DNA of 64,000 bases from Heteronotia binoei (GCF_032191835.1 NC_083227.1:6324001-6388000); one strand, 5' to 3'; counted from the stretch's first letter, positions 11,930-24,020 are shown. Notes: generated by a model not told the origin, from the sequence alone. Program-made: numbers and translations.

Positions 11930-14035
11930 AGGATGGTGTGGAATTGTTTTCAGTGGCCCCAGAAGGTAGGACCAGAACCAATGGGTTGAAGTTAAATCAA
12001 AAGAGTTTCCAGCTCAACATTAAGAAGAACTTCCTGACGGTTAGAGCGATTCCTCAGTGGAACAGTTTCCTCAGGAGGTGGCGGGCTCTTCTTCCTTGGA
12101 GGTTCTTAAACAGAGGCTAGATGGCCATCTGACAGCGATGAAGATCCTGTGAATTTAGGGGGAGGTGTTTGTTTTTCTGCATTGTGCAGGGGGTTGAACT
12201 AGATGACCCTAGAGGTCCCTTCCAACTCTATGATTCTTTGGGAGGTGGTGGGCTCTCCTTCCTTGGAGGTTCTTAAACAGAGGCTAGATGGCCATCTGAC
12301 AGCGATGAAGATCCTGTGAATTTAGGGGGAGGTGTTTGTTTTTTCCTGCATTGTACAGGGGGTTGAACTAGATGACCCTAGAGGTCCCTTCCAACTCTAT
12401 GATTCTTTGGGAGGTGGTGGGCTCTCCTTCCTTGGAGGTTCTTAAACAGAGGCTAGATGGCCATCTGACAGCGATGAAGATCCTGTGAATTTAGGGGGAG
12501 TTGTTTGTTTTTTCCTGCATTGTACAGGGGGTTGAACTAGATGACCCTAGAGGTCCCTTCCAACTCTATGATTCTTTGGGAGGTGGTGGGCTCTCCTTCC
12601 TTGGAGGTTCTTAAACAGAGGCTAGATGGCCATCTGACAGCGATGAAGATCCTGTGAATTTAGGGGGAGGTGTTTGTTTTTTCCTGCATTGTACAGGGGG
12701 TTGAACTAGATGACCCTAGAGGTCCCTTCCAACTCTATGATTCTTTGGGAGGTGGTGGGCTCTCCTTCCTTGGAGGTTTTTCAACAGAGGCTAGATGGCC
12801 ATCTGACAGCAATGAAGATCCTGTGAATTGAGGGGGAGGTGTATGAGAGTTTCCTGCATTGTGCAGGGGGTTGGACTAGATAATAATATAATAATAATAA
12901 TGTTTTATTTATATCCCGCCCTCCCCGCCGAGGCAGGCTCACGGCGGCTAACAACATATCAATACAATAAATTATACAATAGGTATTAAAAACAGCATTT
13001 AACCTTAAAAACATTCCAGTTTAAAATTACACATTAAATATTTCTGGTGCTATTCCAGAAATAAATATGATGGCAGATCTCATTTAAGGCGAATCCATCA
13101 AGCGTTTAGTCAGGCAAAGGCCATCCTTAAAAGGATGGCCTTGCAGGCCCTGCGGAACTGTTCGAGACTCCGCAGGGCCCGCACTTCTTCCGGGAGCTGG
13201 TTCCATAGGTGTGGGGCTGCAATAGAGAAGGCTTGTATACGGGTGTTCTGTAGTTTTGCCTCCTTCGGCCCAGGGATAGTCAGTTGGTTCTTCCCCACTG
13301 ACCTCAGTGCTCTAGATGACCCTAGAGGTCCCTTCTAACGCTATGATTCTTCGGGAGGTGGTGGGCTCTCCTTCCTTGGAGGTCTTTCAACAGAGGCTGG
13401 ATGGCCATCTGACAGCAATGAAGATCCTTTGAATTTAGGGGGAGGTGTTTGTGAGTTTCCTGCATTGTGCAGGGGGTTGGACTAGATGACCCTAGAGGTC
13501 CCTTCCAACTCTTATGATTCTTCGCGAGGTGGTGGGCTCTCCTTCCTTGGAGGTTTCTCAACAGAGGTTAGATGGCCATCTGACAGCAGTGAAGACCCTG
13601 TGGATTTAGGGGGAGGTGTTTGTGAGTTTCTTGCATTGTGCAGGGGGTTGGACTAGATGACCCTAGAGGTCCCTTCCAACTCTTATGATTCTTCGCAAGG
13701 TGGTGGGCTCTCCTTTCTTGGAGGTCTTTCAACAGAGGCTAGAGGGCCATCTGACAGCAATGAAGATCCTGTGAATTTAGGGGGGAGGTGTTTGTGAGTT
13801 TCCTGCATTGTGCAGGGGCTTGGACTAGATGACCCTAGAGATCCCTTCCAACTCTAGGATTCTTTGCGAGGTGGTGGGCTCTCCTTCCTTGGAGGTCTTT
13901 CAACAGAGGCTAGATGGCCATCTGACAGTGATGAAGATCCTGTGAATTTAGGGGGAGGTGTTTGTGAGTTTCCTGCATTGTGCAGGGGGTTGGACTAGAT
14001 GACCCTAGAGGTCCCTTCCAACTCTCGGATTCTAT
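11930..14035 (+). repeat. Tandem array of a CR1-B 3' end (about 169-bp unit, about 9 copies)
   Basis: ggaggtggtgggctctcc recurs at 12241, 12410 and onward; each unit ends ccaactctatgattct. Confidence 0.9.
12882..13311 (-). mobile_element. 5'-truncated L2 LINE inserted in the CR1-B array
   Basis: (TTA)n tail and TSD CTAGAT at 12876-12881 and 13312-13317; similar to the L2 at 60915-61720. Confidence 0.8.
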
Positions 14036-14384
14036 ATGCAAAGTGGCACCGCTTGCTTCCCACCGATTTCTTTCTCAGGATGTGGCAGAGCATCCCACGG
14101 AATGTGGCCATACTCAGCACAAAAAAGATGACCCTAAAACTGCAACTATAAGCATTGGTGTAAAGGGTGCCCTTCCTTAAACCACCCCTCCTGAAAATAT
14201 CCTTTAGACTAACCCCCCCCCCCCCCAAACCTCTGAGGGATGGGGAAGAGGCCAAATGTCGAGAAATTTCCCAATAGGTTTGCAAGGGTTTCTCTTGCCA
14301 CCAGGGCTGACCACCAGGGGCGTGGTTTTCCAGGAAGACTTGCCTGGCGCCGCCCCCCCCCCCCCAGCTTCCTCCAAAGGAGAT

Positions 14385-14900
14385 TGTAGGCCGCTCTGAG
14401 CCTGTCCTCGAAAGGGCAGTTGCTGTGAGAGCCCTCTCAGTCCCACCCTCCTCACAGGGTGTCTGTTGTGGGGAAGGAAGGGAAAGGAGATTGTAGGCAG
14501 CTCTGAGACTCTGTCCTTGAAAGGGCAGCTGCTGTGAGAGCCCTCTCAGCCCCACCCACCTCACAGGGTGTCTTGTGGGGGAGGGAGATAAAGGAGATTG
14601 TAGGCCACTCTGAGCCTCTGTCCTTGAAAGGGCAGCTGCTGTGAGAGCCCTCTCAGCCCCACCCACCTCACAAGGTGTCTGTTGTGGGGGAGGAAGGGAA
14701 AGGAGTTTGTGAGCCCCTCTGAGACTCTGCAGAGTGGAGGGTGGGATATAAATCCAATATCTTCATCTACTTCAGAGGGTGTCTGTTGTGGGGGAGGAAG
14801 GAAAAGGAGATTGTGAGCCGCTCTGAGACTCTCCGGAGTGGAGGGCGGGATATAAATCCAATATCTTCATCTACCTCACAGGGTGTCTGTTGTGGGTGGG
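14385..14900 (+). repeat. Squam3-derived 109-bp tandem units; also at 18130-19085, 19550-20265, 35340-36362(-), 39785-40206(-) and 44560-45080
   Basis: Unit gaaagggcagctgctgtgagagccctctcagccccacccacctcacagggtgtctgttgtgggggagg..., period 109 (18241 to 18350). Confidence 0.85.
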
Positions 14901-14904
14901 GGAA

Positions 14905-15440
14905 GCCCCCATCAGGGTCTTCTCCAGGGAGTGCTCCCTTCTAATGGGGTAGCCAAAGTGTTTGAGCTTCAGCTTCAGCATTTGACCTTCCAGGGAACAG
15001 TCTGGATGGATTTCTCTTTTGTTGTTCAGTCACACAGTCGAGTCCGACTCTTTGCGACCCCCTGGACCAAGTCACGCCAAGTCCTGTCTTCCACCATCCT
15101 CCAAAGTCTGCTCAAATTCGTGTTTGTTACATCAGTAACGCTGTCCAGCCATCTCCTCTTTTGCCATTCCCTTCTTCTTTGGCCTTCTGTCTTTCCCAGC
15201 ATCAGGGTCTTCTGCAGGGAGGGCTTCTCATTGGGTGGCCAAAGTATTGGAGCTTCAGCTTCTGCATCTGACCTTCCAGGGAACTGTCTGGGTTGATTTC
15301 CTTTAGGATTGGCTTATTTGATCTTCTTGCAGTCCAAGGGACTCTCAAGAGTCTTCTCCAGCACCACAGCTTGAAAGCATCTATTCTTCTGAGCTCGGCC
15401 TTCCTTATGGTCCAGCTCTCACAGCCATACATTACTACAT
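14905..15440 (-). mobile_element. BovB (RTE) LINE 3' fragments; also at 20375-20695 and 34932-35165
   Basis: Translation YGCESWTIRKAELRRIDAFKLWCWRRLLRVPWTARRSN...LQYFGH is the BovB RT C-terminus. Confidence 0.9.
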
Positions 15441-17268
15441 TGGAAAGGGCAGTCAGACTATTCTAAAGAAATGAGACATTTCTTGGCACATTTCAATACA
15501 GCTGCCAGGATTCTCTTGGTGCAGAGATGGAAATCTCAGGAAATCCCCATGAGAATGGATTTGCGGGGGGGAAATTCTGGAAACAGCAGAGCTGGACTTT
15601 TTATCCCAGCTGTTGGCTGGGAAATCTAAGGAAGAAGCAAGAAAATATTAGATGAAATTTTATGCCTGGCTAGATGAACATATGAACATATGAAGCTGCC
15701 TTCTACTGAATCAGACCCTTGGTCCATCAAAGTCAGTATTGTCTTCTCAGACTAGCAGTGGCTCTCCAGGGTCTCAAGCTGAGTTTTTTCACACCTCTTT
15801 GCCTGGACCCTTTTTTGGAGATGCCAGGGATTGAACCTGGGACCTTCTGCTTCCCAAGCAGATGCTCTACCACTGAGCCACCGTCCCACCCCAATACTCA
15901 AGACTCTTCAGATTCTCTGGTGGGAACTTATATCTCCTTTTTCCTGTACTCTGTATTACAAGATTGCCTTTATTGGAAATGTCAATTTTAATAGATATTT
16001 TAACAAAAAAAAGATTTATAATATAAAATATCAAAATGTTGACGGTGCATAGTTTAGAGACAACAATATGTGGCAATTTATGTATTTTGAGATTTATACT
16101 TGCATTCTTTGAAAGTATTTTTATGCAGATTAAGACTGATTTGTAATCTTCTCCCTTCCTACTCCCTAATTCCTAATCTCTTGAAACTAATAAAACTTTT
16201 AAAACAAACAAAAAACAAAAACAAAACGGAAAGGGCAGTCAGCACTGTTGTATTGAGTCTGCAGCTGAAAGGGTGAAACCCACAGAGCTGTTTGCTAGAC
16301 AGGCCGCTAAAGGAGGGGGAGGGGAGGGGAGGGGGAAGGGTTAGGGCTGGATGTCTAAAGAGGGGGGGGGTGCTGCAAAAAAAAAACAGCTGCAGGGAAA
16401 GCTCTCTTGCAGGTGGACCCTGGGGAGGCTTACTCACAAGTAGGTTGATGGGGGGAAGAGGGATGAACGTTGCATTCTTGGCAGAATGGAACGCTCTTAT
16501 GGTCTGTGGCGGAGGGGGAGAGTTTTAAACTGTGATTTTCTTATGTTATCTTTTATTTTTAATTTGGAGAGAGAGAGAGGCAGGACTTGCATGTGGTCAA
16601 GGAGCAGAAGTAAATCCTGGCCGCAGCCCCCTCCCGTGTCTGCCGGCTACTCTGACAGAGGTTTTGCCAAGCACTCCCAGAGGAGTCAGCCGCAGGGGCT
16701 GAGCCTGAACCAGCCTCTTTGTCCCCAGCTCCAGTTTACGCACTGAGAAGCAGCCCCACCCACCCCACCCCCCACACCCCCAGACAGACTGCTGCTCTGT
16801 CATTGGAGGCCAAGATCCTACCATCTGCAACAGGCTTTAAAAAGAGCCAAGTTAGAGATGGTTTATTTCCGTGAAAGACCAAAACAGGCATTAACAGGCT
16901 TTAAAAAGAGCCAAGTTAGAGATGGTTTATTCCCCTGAAAGACCAAAACAGGCATTAACAGGCTTTAAAAAGAGCCAAGTTAGAGATGGTTTATTCCCCT
17001 GAAAGACCAAAACAGGCATATGTCTAAAAAACCTTGACACCCAATGTAGCAAAACAGCAGTAATCCCGACCCACAAATTATAACCGGGACAGCCTTATGG
17101 TCTGTGGGGGCAACCTTTCAGGGGTTCCTTGACCAGAACCGTTGATTTAGCTCAGTTCTCCTTTGCTTTCTTCCTGACTTCTTGATTAACGTTTTCTCTC
17201 CCTCTTTAAGAGCCGCATCGGGAAGGCCGTCTTTCCAGAATCTGGCAAGCCGAGAGGAGGGCAAGGAG

Positions 17269-17691
17269 ATGGAAGAGAAGGACCCAGAAGGTCCTGAAGA
17301 GGACCCAAAATCAAGCCACAGTCCCCCTCCTGTCCAAGCAGGGAGTGGGGTTGTGTTCTGGGAAAGGGCTGGGCCAGAGATCTGGGCTAAAGACATCATG
17401 ACCTCAGATGGACATTGCCAACACTTCCGGGAATTTCTCTACCGTGAGGCCGATGGGCCCCGAGAGGTTTGCAGCCGGCTCCATGGACTTTGCAGCCAGT
17501 GGCTGAAGCCGGAGAGGCACACCAAGAAGCAGATCCTGGACCTGGTGATCCTGGAGCAGTTCCTGACTCTCCTGCCCCAGGAAATGCAGGGCTGGGTCAG
17601 AGGATGTGGGCCGGAGACCAGTTCCCAGGCGGTGGCCCTGGCCGAAGGTTTCCTCCTGAGTCAGGCAGAGGAGAAGAGGCAGGCAGAACAG
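17269..17691 (+). CDS. SCAN-KRAB-C2H2 zinc-finger gene, coding exon 1 (SCAN)
   Basis: SCAN box; acceptor at 17211, ATG at 17269, CAG|GTGAGG donor, 423 nt. Confidence 0.95.
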
Positions 17692-18061
17692 GTGAGGGGG
17701 TTTCCTTCACTCAGGTCAAGCTTATCCTAGGGCAGGGGTGGCCAACGGTAGCTCACCAGATATTTTTTGCCTCCAACTCCCTGATGGGAGTTGGAGGCAG
17801 AAAACATCTGGAGAGCTACCGTTGGCCACCACTGTCCTAGGGCTTTCCTGCCAGATGTTTCTGCCTCTAGAGCAAAAACATGTGGCTCTTTCACACACAT
17901 TGTGTGGCTCTCGAAGGCCCCACTGCCCTGTCGGCCAGCTTAGAGAAGGCATTTGTCTCTTTAAATCACTTCTCAAAGTCAGCCAGCAGCTTGGAGAATG
18001 CAATTGAAGTTAAAGTTGCTTTCTTTCCACCTCCTCCCTCTTCCTTCCCCCATCTATTTGC

Positions 18062-18128
18062 CTTCCTTCCTTCCTTCCTTCCTTCCTTCCTTCCTTCCTT
18101 CCTTCCTTCCTTCCTTCCTTCCTTCCTA
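18062..18128. repeat. (CCTT)n microsatellite
   Basis: Seen directly. Confidence 0.95.
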
Positions 18129-19337
18129 CAGTTTGGTGTAGTGGTTAAGTGTGCCGACTCTTATCTTGGAGAACGGGGTTGGAGTTGTCCTTGAAAGGAC
18201 AGCTGCTGTGAGAACCCTCTCTGCCTCACCCACCTCACAGGGTGTCTGTTATGGGGGAGGAAGGGAAAGGAGATTGTAGGCCGCTCTGAGCCTCTGTCCT
18301 TGAAAGAGCAGCTGCTGTGAGAGCCCTCTGAGCCCCACCCACCTCACAGGGTGTCTGTTGTGGGGGGAGGAAGGGAAAGGAGATTGTAGGCTGCTCTGAG
18401 CATCTGTCCTTGAAAGGGCAGCTGCTGGGAGAGCCCTCTCAGCCCCACCCACCTCACAGGGTGTCTGTTGTGGGGGAGGAAGGGAAAGGAGATAGTAGGC
18501 TGCTCTGAGCCTCTGTCCTTGAAAGGGCAGCTGCTGTGAGAGCCCTCTCAGCCCCACCCACCTCACAGGGTGTCTGTTGTGGGGGAGGAAGGCAAAGGAG
18601 ATTGTAGGCCGCTCTGAGCCTCTGTCCTTGAAACGGCAGCTGCTGTGAGAGCCCTCTCCAGCCCCACCCACCTCACAGGGTGTCTGTTGTGGGGGAGGAA
18701 GGCAAAGGAGATTGTAGGCCACTCTGAGCTTCTGTCCTTGAAAGGGCAGCTGCTGTGAGAGCCCTCTCCAGCCCCACCCACCTCACAGGGTGTCTGTTGT
18801 GGGGGAGGAAGGGAAAGGAGATTGTGAGCCGCTCTGAGCATCTGTCCTTGAAAGGGCAGCTGCTGTGAGAGCTCTCTCAGCCCCACCCACCTCACAGGGT
18901 GTCTGTTGTGGGGGAGGAAGGGAAAGGAGATTGTAGGCCGCTCTGTCCTTGAAAGGGCAGCTGCTGTGAGAGCCCTCTCCAGCCCCACCCACCTCACAGG
19001 GTGTCTGTTGTGGAGGAGGAAGATAAAGGAGATTGTAGGCCGCTCTGAAACTGATTCAGAGTATAGGGTGGAATATAAATCCAATGTCTTCTTCTTCCTT
19101 CCTTCCGGCTCTCAAACATCTGATGTTTATTCTATGTGGCTGTTGCATTAAGCAAGTTTGGCCACCCCTGTTCTAGAGTATTCATGAGGCTGAGAAGAAA
19201 GCTCAGCCCAGATTCTTGCATCTCAGTTTGAAGCAGCAGAGCTGGTCAATCAATGCAAGGGCGAGGAATCTGCAAACGGGGCAGGATTCATCTCCGCAGC
19301 CTGTTCCTTTCCTTCTCATGCCTTGCTCTCGTTTCAG

Positions 19338-19395
19338 ATGTGGGAAAGTCAGAGAGTGCAGGCCCAGGAGCGCGCCCAAGATGATCTGTCAAGAG
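19338..19395 (+). CDS. SCAN-KRAB-ZNF coding exon 2 (MWESQRVQAQERAQDDLSR)
   Basis: tttcag acceptor and AG|GTAAGA donor, phase 0 to 1; homologous to 4338-4452. Confidence 0.8.
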
Positions 19396-20871
19396 GTAAG
19401 AGAGGAGAAAAAGGAAGTATTTCTGCTCACTATGCAGAGTGGACTTCTGGGACTTCATGCCGCAGGATGTAGCGATGGCCACTCACTTGAAGGGGGAGTA
19501 GACAGATTCATGGAAGGCAATTCTGTTCAGTTCAATTCAGTTCAGACTGGAGAGCCGGTTTGGTGTAGTGGTTAAGTGCGCGGACTCATAACTGGAAGAA
19601 CTGGGTTTGATTCCCCACTCCTCCACTTGCGCCTGCTGGAATGGCCTAGGATGAGCCATAGCTCTGGCAGGGATTGTACTTGAAAGGGCAGCTGCTCTGA
19701 GAGCCCTCTCAGCCCCACCCACCTCACAGGGTGTCTGTTGTGGGAGAAGAAGGGAAAGGAGATTGTAGGCCGCTCTGAGCCTCTGTCCTTGAAAGGGCAG
19801 CTGCTGTGAGAGCCCTCTCAGCACCCATCCACCTCACAGGGTGTCTGTTGTGGGGGAGGAAGGGAAAGGAGATTGTAGGCCGCTCTGAGCCTCTGTCCTT
19901 GAAAGGGCAGCTGCTGTGAGAGCCCTCTCAGCCCCACCCACCTCACAGGGTGCCTGTTGTGGAGGAGGAAAGGAAAGGAGATTGTAGGCTGCTCTGAGTC
20001 TCTGTCCTTGAAAGGGCAGCTTCTGGGAGAGCTCTCTCAGGCCTACCCATCTCACAGGGTGTCTGTTGTGGGGGAGGAAAGGAAAGGAGATTGTAGGCCG
20101 CTCTGAGCCTCTGTCCTTGAAAGGGCAGTTACTGTGAGAGCCCTCTCAGCCCCACTCACCTCACAGGGTGTCTGTTGTGGGGGAGGAAGGGAAAAGAGAT
20201 TTATGAGCCGCTCTGAGACTCTTCGGAGTGGAGGGCGGGATATAAATCCAATGTCATCTTCTTCTTCATCATCTGTACATGAACTAAAATCTTCGTATTT
20301 TACCTACCTTCCTTCCATCAGAAGGACTCCAGGTGGCTTAAATAAGAAGAGGAAGACAAATTTGGGTGCAGCTATTGTTCTTCAGTCGCACAGTCGAGTC
20401 CGACTCTTTGCGACCCCATGGCCCTCCTGTCTTCCACCATTCTCCGAAGTCTGCTCAGATTCATGTTTGTTACATCAGTAACACTGTCCAGCCATCTCCT
20501 CTTTTGCCATCCCCTTCTTCTTTGGCCTTCTGTCTTTCCCAGCATCAGGGTCATCTCCAGGGAGTGCTCCCTTCTCATTGGGTAGCCAAAGTCTTTGAGC
20601 TTCAGCTTCAGCATCTGACCTTCCAGGGAACAGTCTGGGTTGATTTCCCTTCAGACTGACTGATTGGATCTCCTTGCAGGCCAAGGGACTCTGAATACCC
20701 GATAATTTACTAAAATTCATGAGAATTTTTTTCTGATTGAATATAGGGCAAAGTTTCACAACTCTGAGAAGGTGTGTGTGTGAAGGGGTGGAGGATTCGA
20801 ACAAGCAAATGAACTCAGGAGTCTAGGCTGAGACCCTTCCTTCCTTCTCTCTCTCTCTCTCTTTCTCTCAG

Positions 20872-20942
20872 GCGGTGAAGAAACAGTATTGAGCCATCAA
20901 TTTTGTGAAGATGTGGAAAGAGCTGCTGAACCAACACTCCAG
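20872..20942 (+). CDS. SCAN-KRAB-ZNF coding exon 3 (GGEETVLSHQFCEDVERAAEPTLQ)
   Basis: (CT)n-ctcag acceptor and CAG|GTAAGG donor, phase 1 to 0, open frame. Confidence 0.8.
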
Positions 20943-20986
20943 GTAAGGGAGATGAGTGTGGGACAGCTTGGCCCTCCCTTTTTCTC

Positions 20987-22470
20987 ATAAGAACATAAGA
21001 GAAGCCATGTTGGATCAGGCCAGTGACCCACCCAGTCCAACACTCTGTGTCACATAAGAACATAAGAGAAGCCATGTTGGATCAGGCCAATGGCCCCTCC
21101 AGTCCAACATTCTGTGTCACATAAGAACATAAGAGAAGCCATGTTAGATCAGGCCAATGGCCCATCCAGTCCAACACTCTGTGTCACATAAGAACATAAG
21201 AGAAGCCCTGTTGGATCAGGCCAGTGACCCACCCAGTCCAACACTCTGTGTCACATAAGAACATAAGAGAAGCCATGTTGGATCAGGCCAGTGACCCATC
21301 CAGTCCAACATTCTGTGTCACATAAGAACATAAGAGAAGCCATGTTAGATCAGGCCAATGGCCCATCCAGTCCAACACTCTGTGTCACATAAGAACATAA
21401 GAGAAGCCCTGTTGGATCAGGCCAGTGGCCCATCCAGTCCAACACTCTTAGTCCCATAAGAACATAAGAGAAGCCATGTTGGATCAGGCCAGTGGCCCAT
21501 CCAGTCCAACACTCTGTGTCACATAAGAACATAAGAGAAGCCATGTTGGATCAGGCCAATGATCCATCCAGTCCAACACTCTGTGTCACATAAGAACATA
21601 AGAGAAGCCATGTTGGATCAGGCCAATGGCCCATCCTGTCCAACACTCTGAGTCACATAAGAACATAAGAGAAGCCATGTTGGATCAGGCCAATGGCCCA
21701 TCCAGTCCAACACTCTGTGTCACATAAGAACATAAGAGAAGCCATGTTGGATCAGGCCAGTAGCCCCTCGAGTCCAACACTCTGTGTCACATAAGAACAT
21801 AAGGGAAGCCCTGTTGGATCAGGCCAATGGCCCATCCAGTCCAACACTCTGTGTCACATAAGAACATAAGAGAAGCCCTGTTGGACCAGGCCATTGGATC
21901 AGGCCAGTGGCCCATCCAGTCCAACACTCTGTGTCACATAAGAACATAAGAGAAGCCCTGTTGGATCAGGCCAGTGGCCCCTCCAGTCCAACACTCTGTG
22001 TCATACAGCTGCCATAAAACCCAGGTGCCTTCAGGAGGTCCACCAGTGGGGCTAGAAGCCCTCCCACTGTGCCCCCCCCAAGCACTAAGAATACAGAGCA
22101 TCACTGCCCCAGACATCTATACCTTGTAGCTAATAACCACTGATGGACCTTTGCTCCATATGTTTATCCAATCCCCTTTGCTTCATATGATGGACCTTTG
22201 CTCTATATGTTTATCCAATCCCCTCCATATGTTTATCCAATCCCCTCTTGAAGCTGTCTATGCTTGTAGCCGCCACCACCTCCTGTGGCAGTGAATTCCA
22301 CATGTTAATCACCTTTTGGGTGAAGGACTTCCTTTTATCCGTTCTAACCTGATTGCTCAGCAATTTCATTGAATGCCCACGAGTTCGCGTATTGTGAGAA
22401 AGGGAGAAAAGTGCTTCTTTCTCTACCTTCTCCATCTCGTGCATAATCTTGTCAACCTCGATCATGTCTC
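20987..22470 (-). repeat. Truncated CR1-A with about 15 tandem copies of its terminal 67 bp (20987-22005)
   Basis: gaagccatgt recurs at 21001, 21068, 21135 and onward; ORF2 C-terminal remnant at 22211-22465. Confidence 0.9.
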
Positions 22471-22641
22471 AAGGGGCTTTTGCTCCTGCAGTTGCTGCAA
22501 AGGTGACTGAGCAGAAGTGGTTCTAATTGGCACTCCTTTTCCCCACACCAAGCCATCCTGTACCCTCCCATAGTGCCCCCTTCCAGAGTGCGTTCTCTGC
22601 TTGGCACAATCTCCAACAAGGGAATCCGCTTTTCCTTCCAG

Positions 22642-22777
22642 GGTCCCTTTTCCTTTGAGGACGTGTCCGTCTCTTTCTCTGAGGCAGCCTGGGTCCCTCC
22701 TCCTTTCTCAGGGGAGCTTTTGTTCCTTCAGTTTCTACAAGGGGTCCGTGAGAGAGATTCTCTGAATGCTGTAACAG
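22642..22777 (+). CDS. Degenerate KRAB-A-like candidate alternative exon ([17 protein letters not shown]...)
   Basis: Intact ttccag acceptor, open frame and ACAG|GTACCC donor, phase 0 to 1. Confidence 0.4.
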
Positions 22778-22829
22778 GTACCCATCCCAAGCCTTACTTT
22801 CTGTGCCTTCCCAGACAACTCCCTTCCAG

Positions 22830-22998
22830 TGTGAGAGCTCTGAAGAGGAGGGAACTTTCTTTTTCTTCCCGGGACCCTTTTCCTTGGAGGAGGTGTCCGT
22901 CTCTTTCACGGAGGCAGAGTGGGCCCTGCTGGATCCAGGACAAAGAGCTCTGTACAGGGAAGTCATGCTGGAGAACTGTGGGAACGTGGCCTCTCTGG
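22830..22998 (+). CDS. KRAB-A exon ([42 protein letters not shown] from 22872)
   Basis: Canonical KRAB-A box and TG|GTAAGG donor. The expected acceptor at 22870-71 reads CG; in-frame CAG acceptors precede 22815 and 22830, so the start is uncertain. Confidence 0.85.
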
Positions 22999-23504
22999 GT
23001 AAGGATCTTTCCTAGGTGTGAATGGTGCAAACTGCTGCCACTGGGAGGGTGCATGACTCAAAACATTGAACAGCAATTCGTTGCTTTACTCTTTATATTT
23101 TTTATTGATTTTTTTTAAATATACAAGTTAATATCAATATTCATATGCAATTAATTAAACTTACGGAATCAGGTGGTAAACCAGCATAAATACTTACGTG
23201 CATACAATAAAGCATCAAGTAAGGATCTTAAGTTATAAAGATGTATCTAGATATGTAGACCATTTTCTCTCCAAGGAAAGAGAGGTCAAGATGAAAACAA
23301 AATTAAGATTAAGACAATAATCCCTGTATCAAAACACAGCTGATCTAATTGAACCCATATTATCATTAAACTATTAATTATGCACTGCTATGAATTCTTA
23401 ACTGCCTAAATTTTCTCCATGCAAACTATTACAGGTGATTCCAAAATTTACTATCTGGTAATTATGATTAGGTGCAATCCACGACTAGCACAGTAAAAGA
23501 AAGG

Positions 23505-24020
23505 AAAAGGAAAGGTCCCCTGTGCAAGCTCCCGTCATTTCCGACTCTGGGGTGACGTTGCTTTCACAACGTTTTCACGGCAGACTTTTTACGGGGTGGT
23601 TTGCCATTGCCTTCCCCAGTCCTCTCCACTTTCCCCCCAGCAAGCTGGGGACTCATTTTGCCAACCTTGGGAGGATGGAAGGCTGAGTCAATCTTGGGCC
23701 GGCTACCTGAACCAGCTTTCGCTGGGATCGAACTCAGGTCATGAGCAGAGAGTTCAGATCACATTACTGCAGTACTCTGCTCATGACCTGAGTTCGATCC
23801 CAGCGAAAGCTGGTTCAGGTAGCCGGGCCAAGGTTGACTCAGCCTTCCATCTTTCTGAGGTCGGTAAAATGAGGACCAGGCTTGTTGGGGGGGAAATGTA
23901 AAAGACTGGGGAAGGCAATGGCAAACCACCCTGTAGAAAGTCTGCCGTGAAAACGTTGTGGAAGCAACGTCACCCCAAAACTGGAAACGACTGGTGCTTG
24001 CACAGGGGACCTTTCCTCAA
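23505..24020. mobile_element. Head-to-head pair of Sauria SINEs forming an inverted repeat
   Basis: Minus copy about 23505-23760 and plus copy about 23770-24020. Confidence 0.85.
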
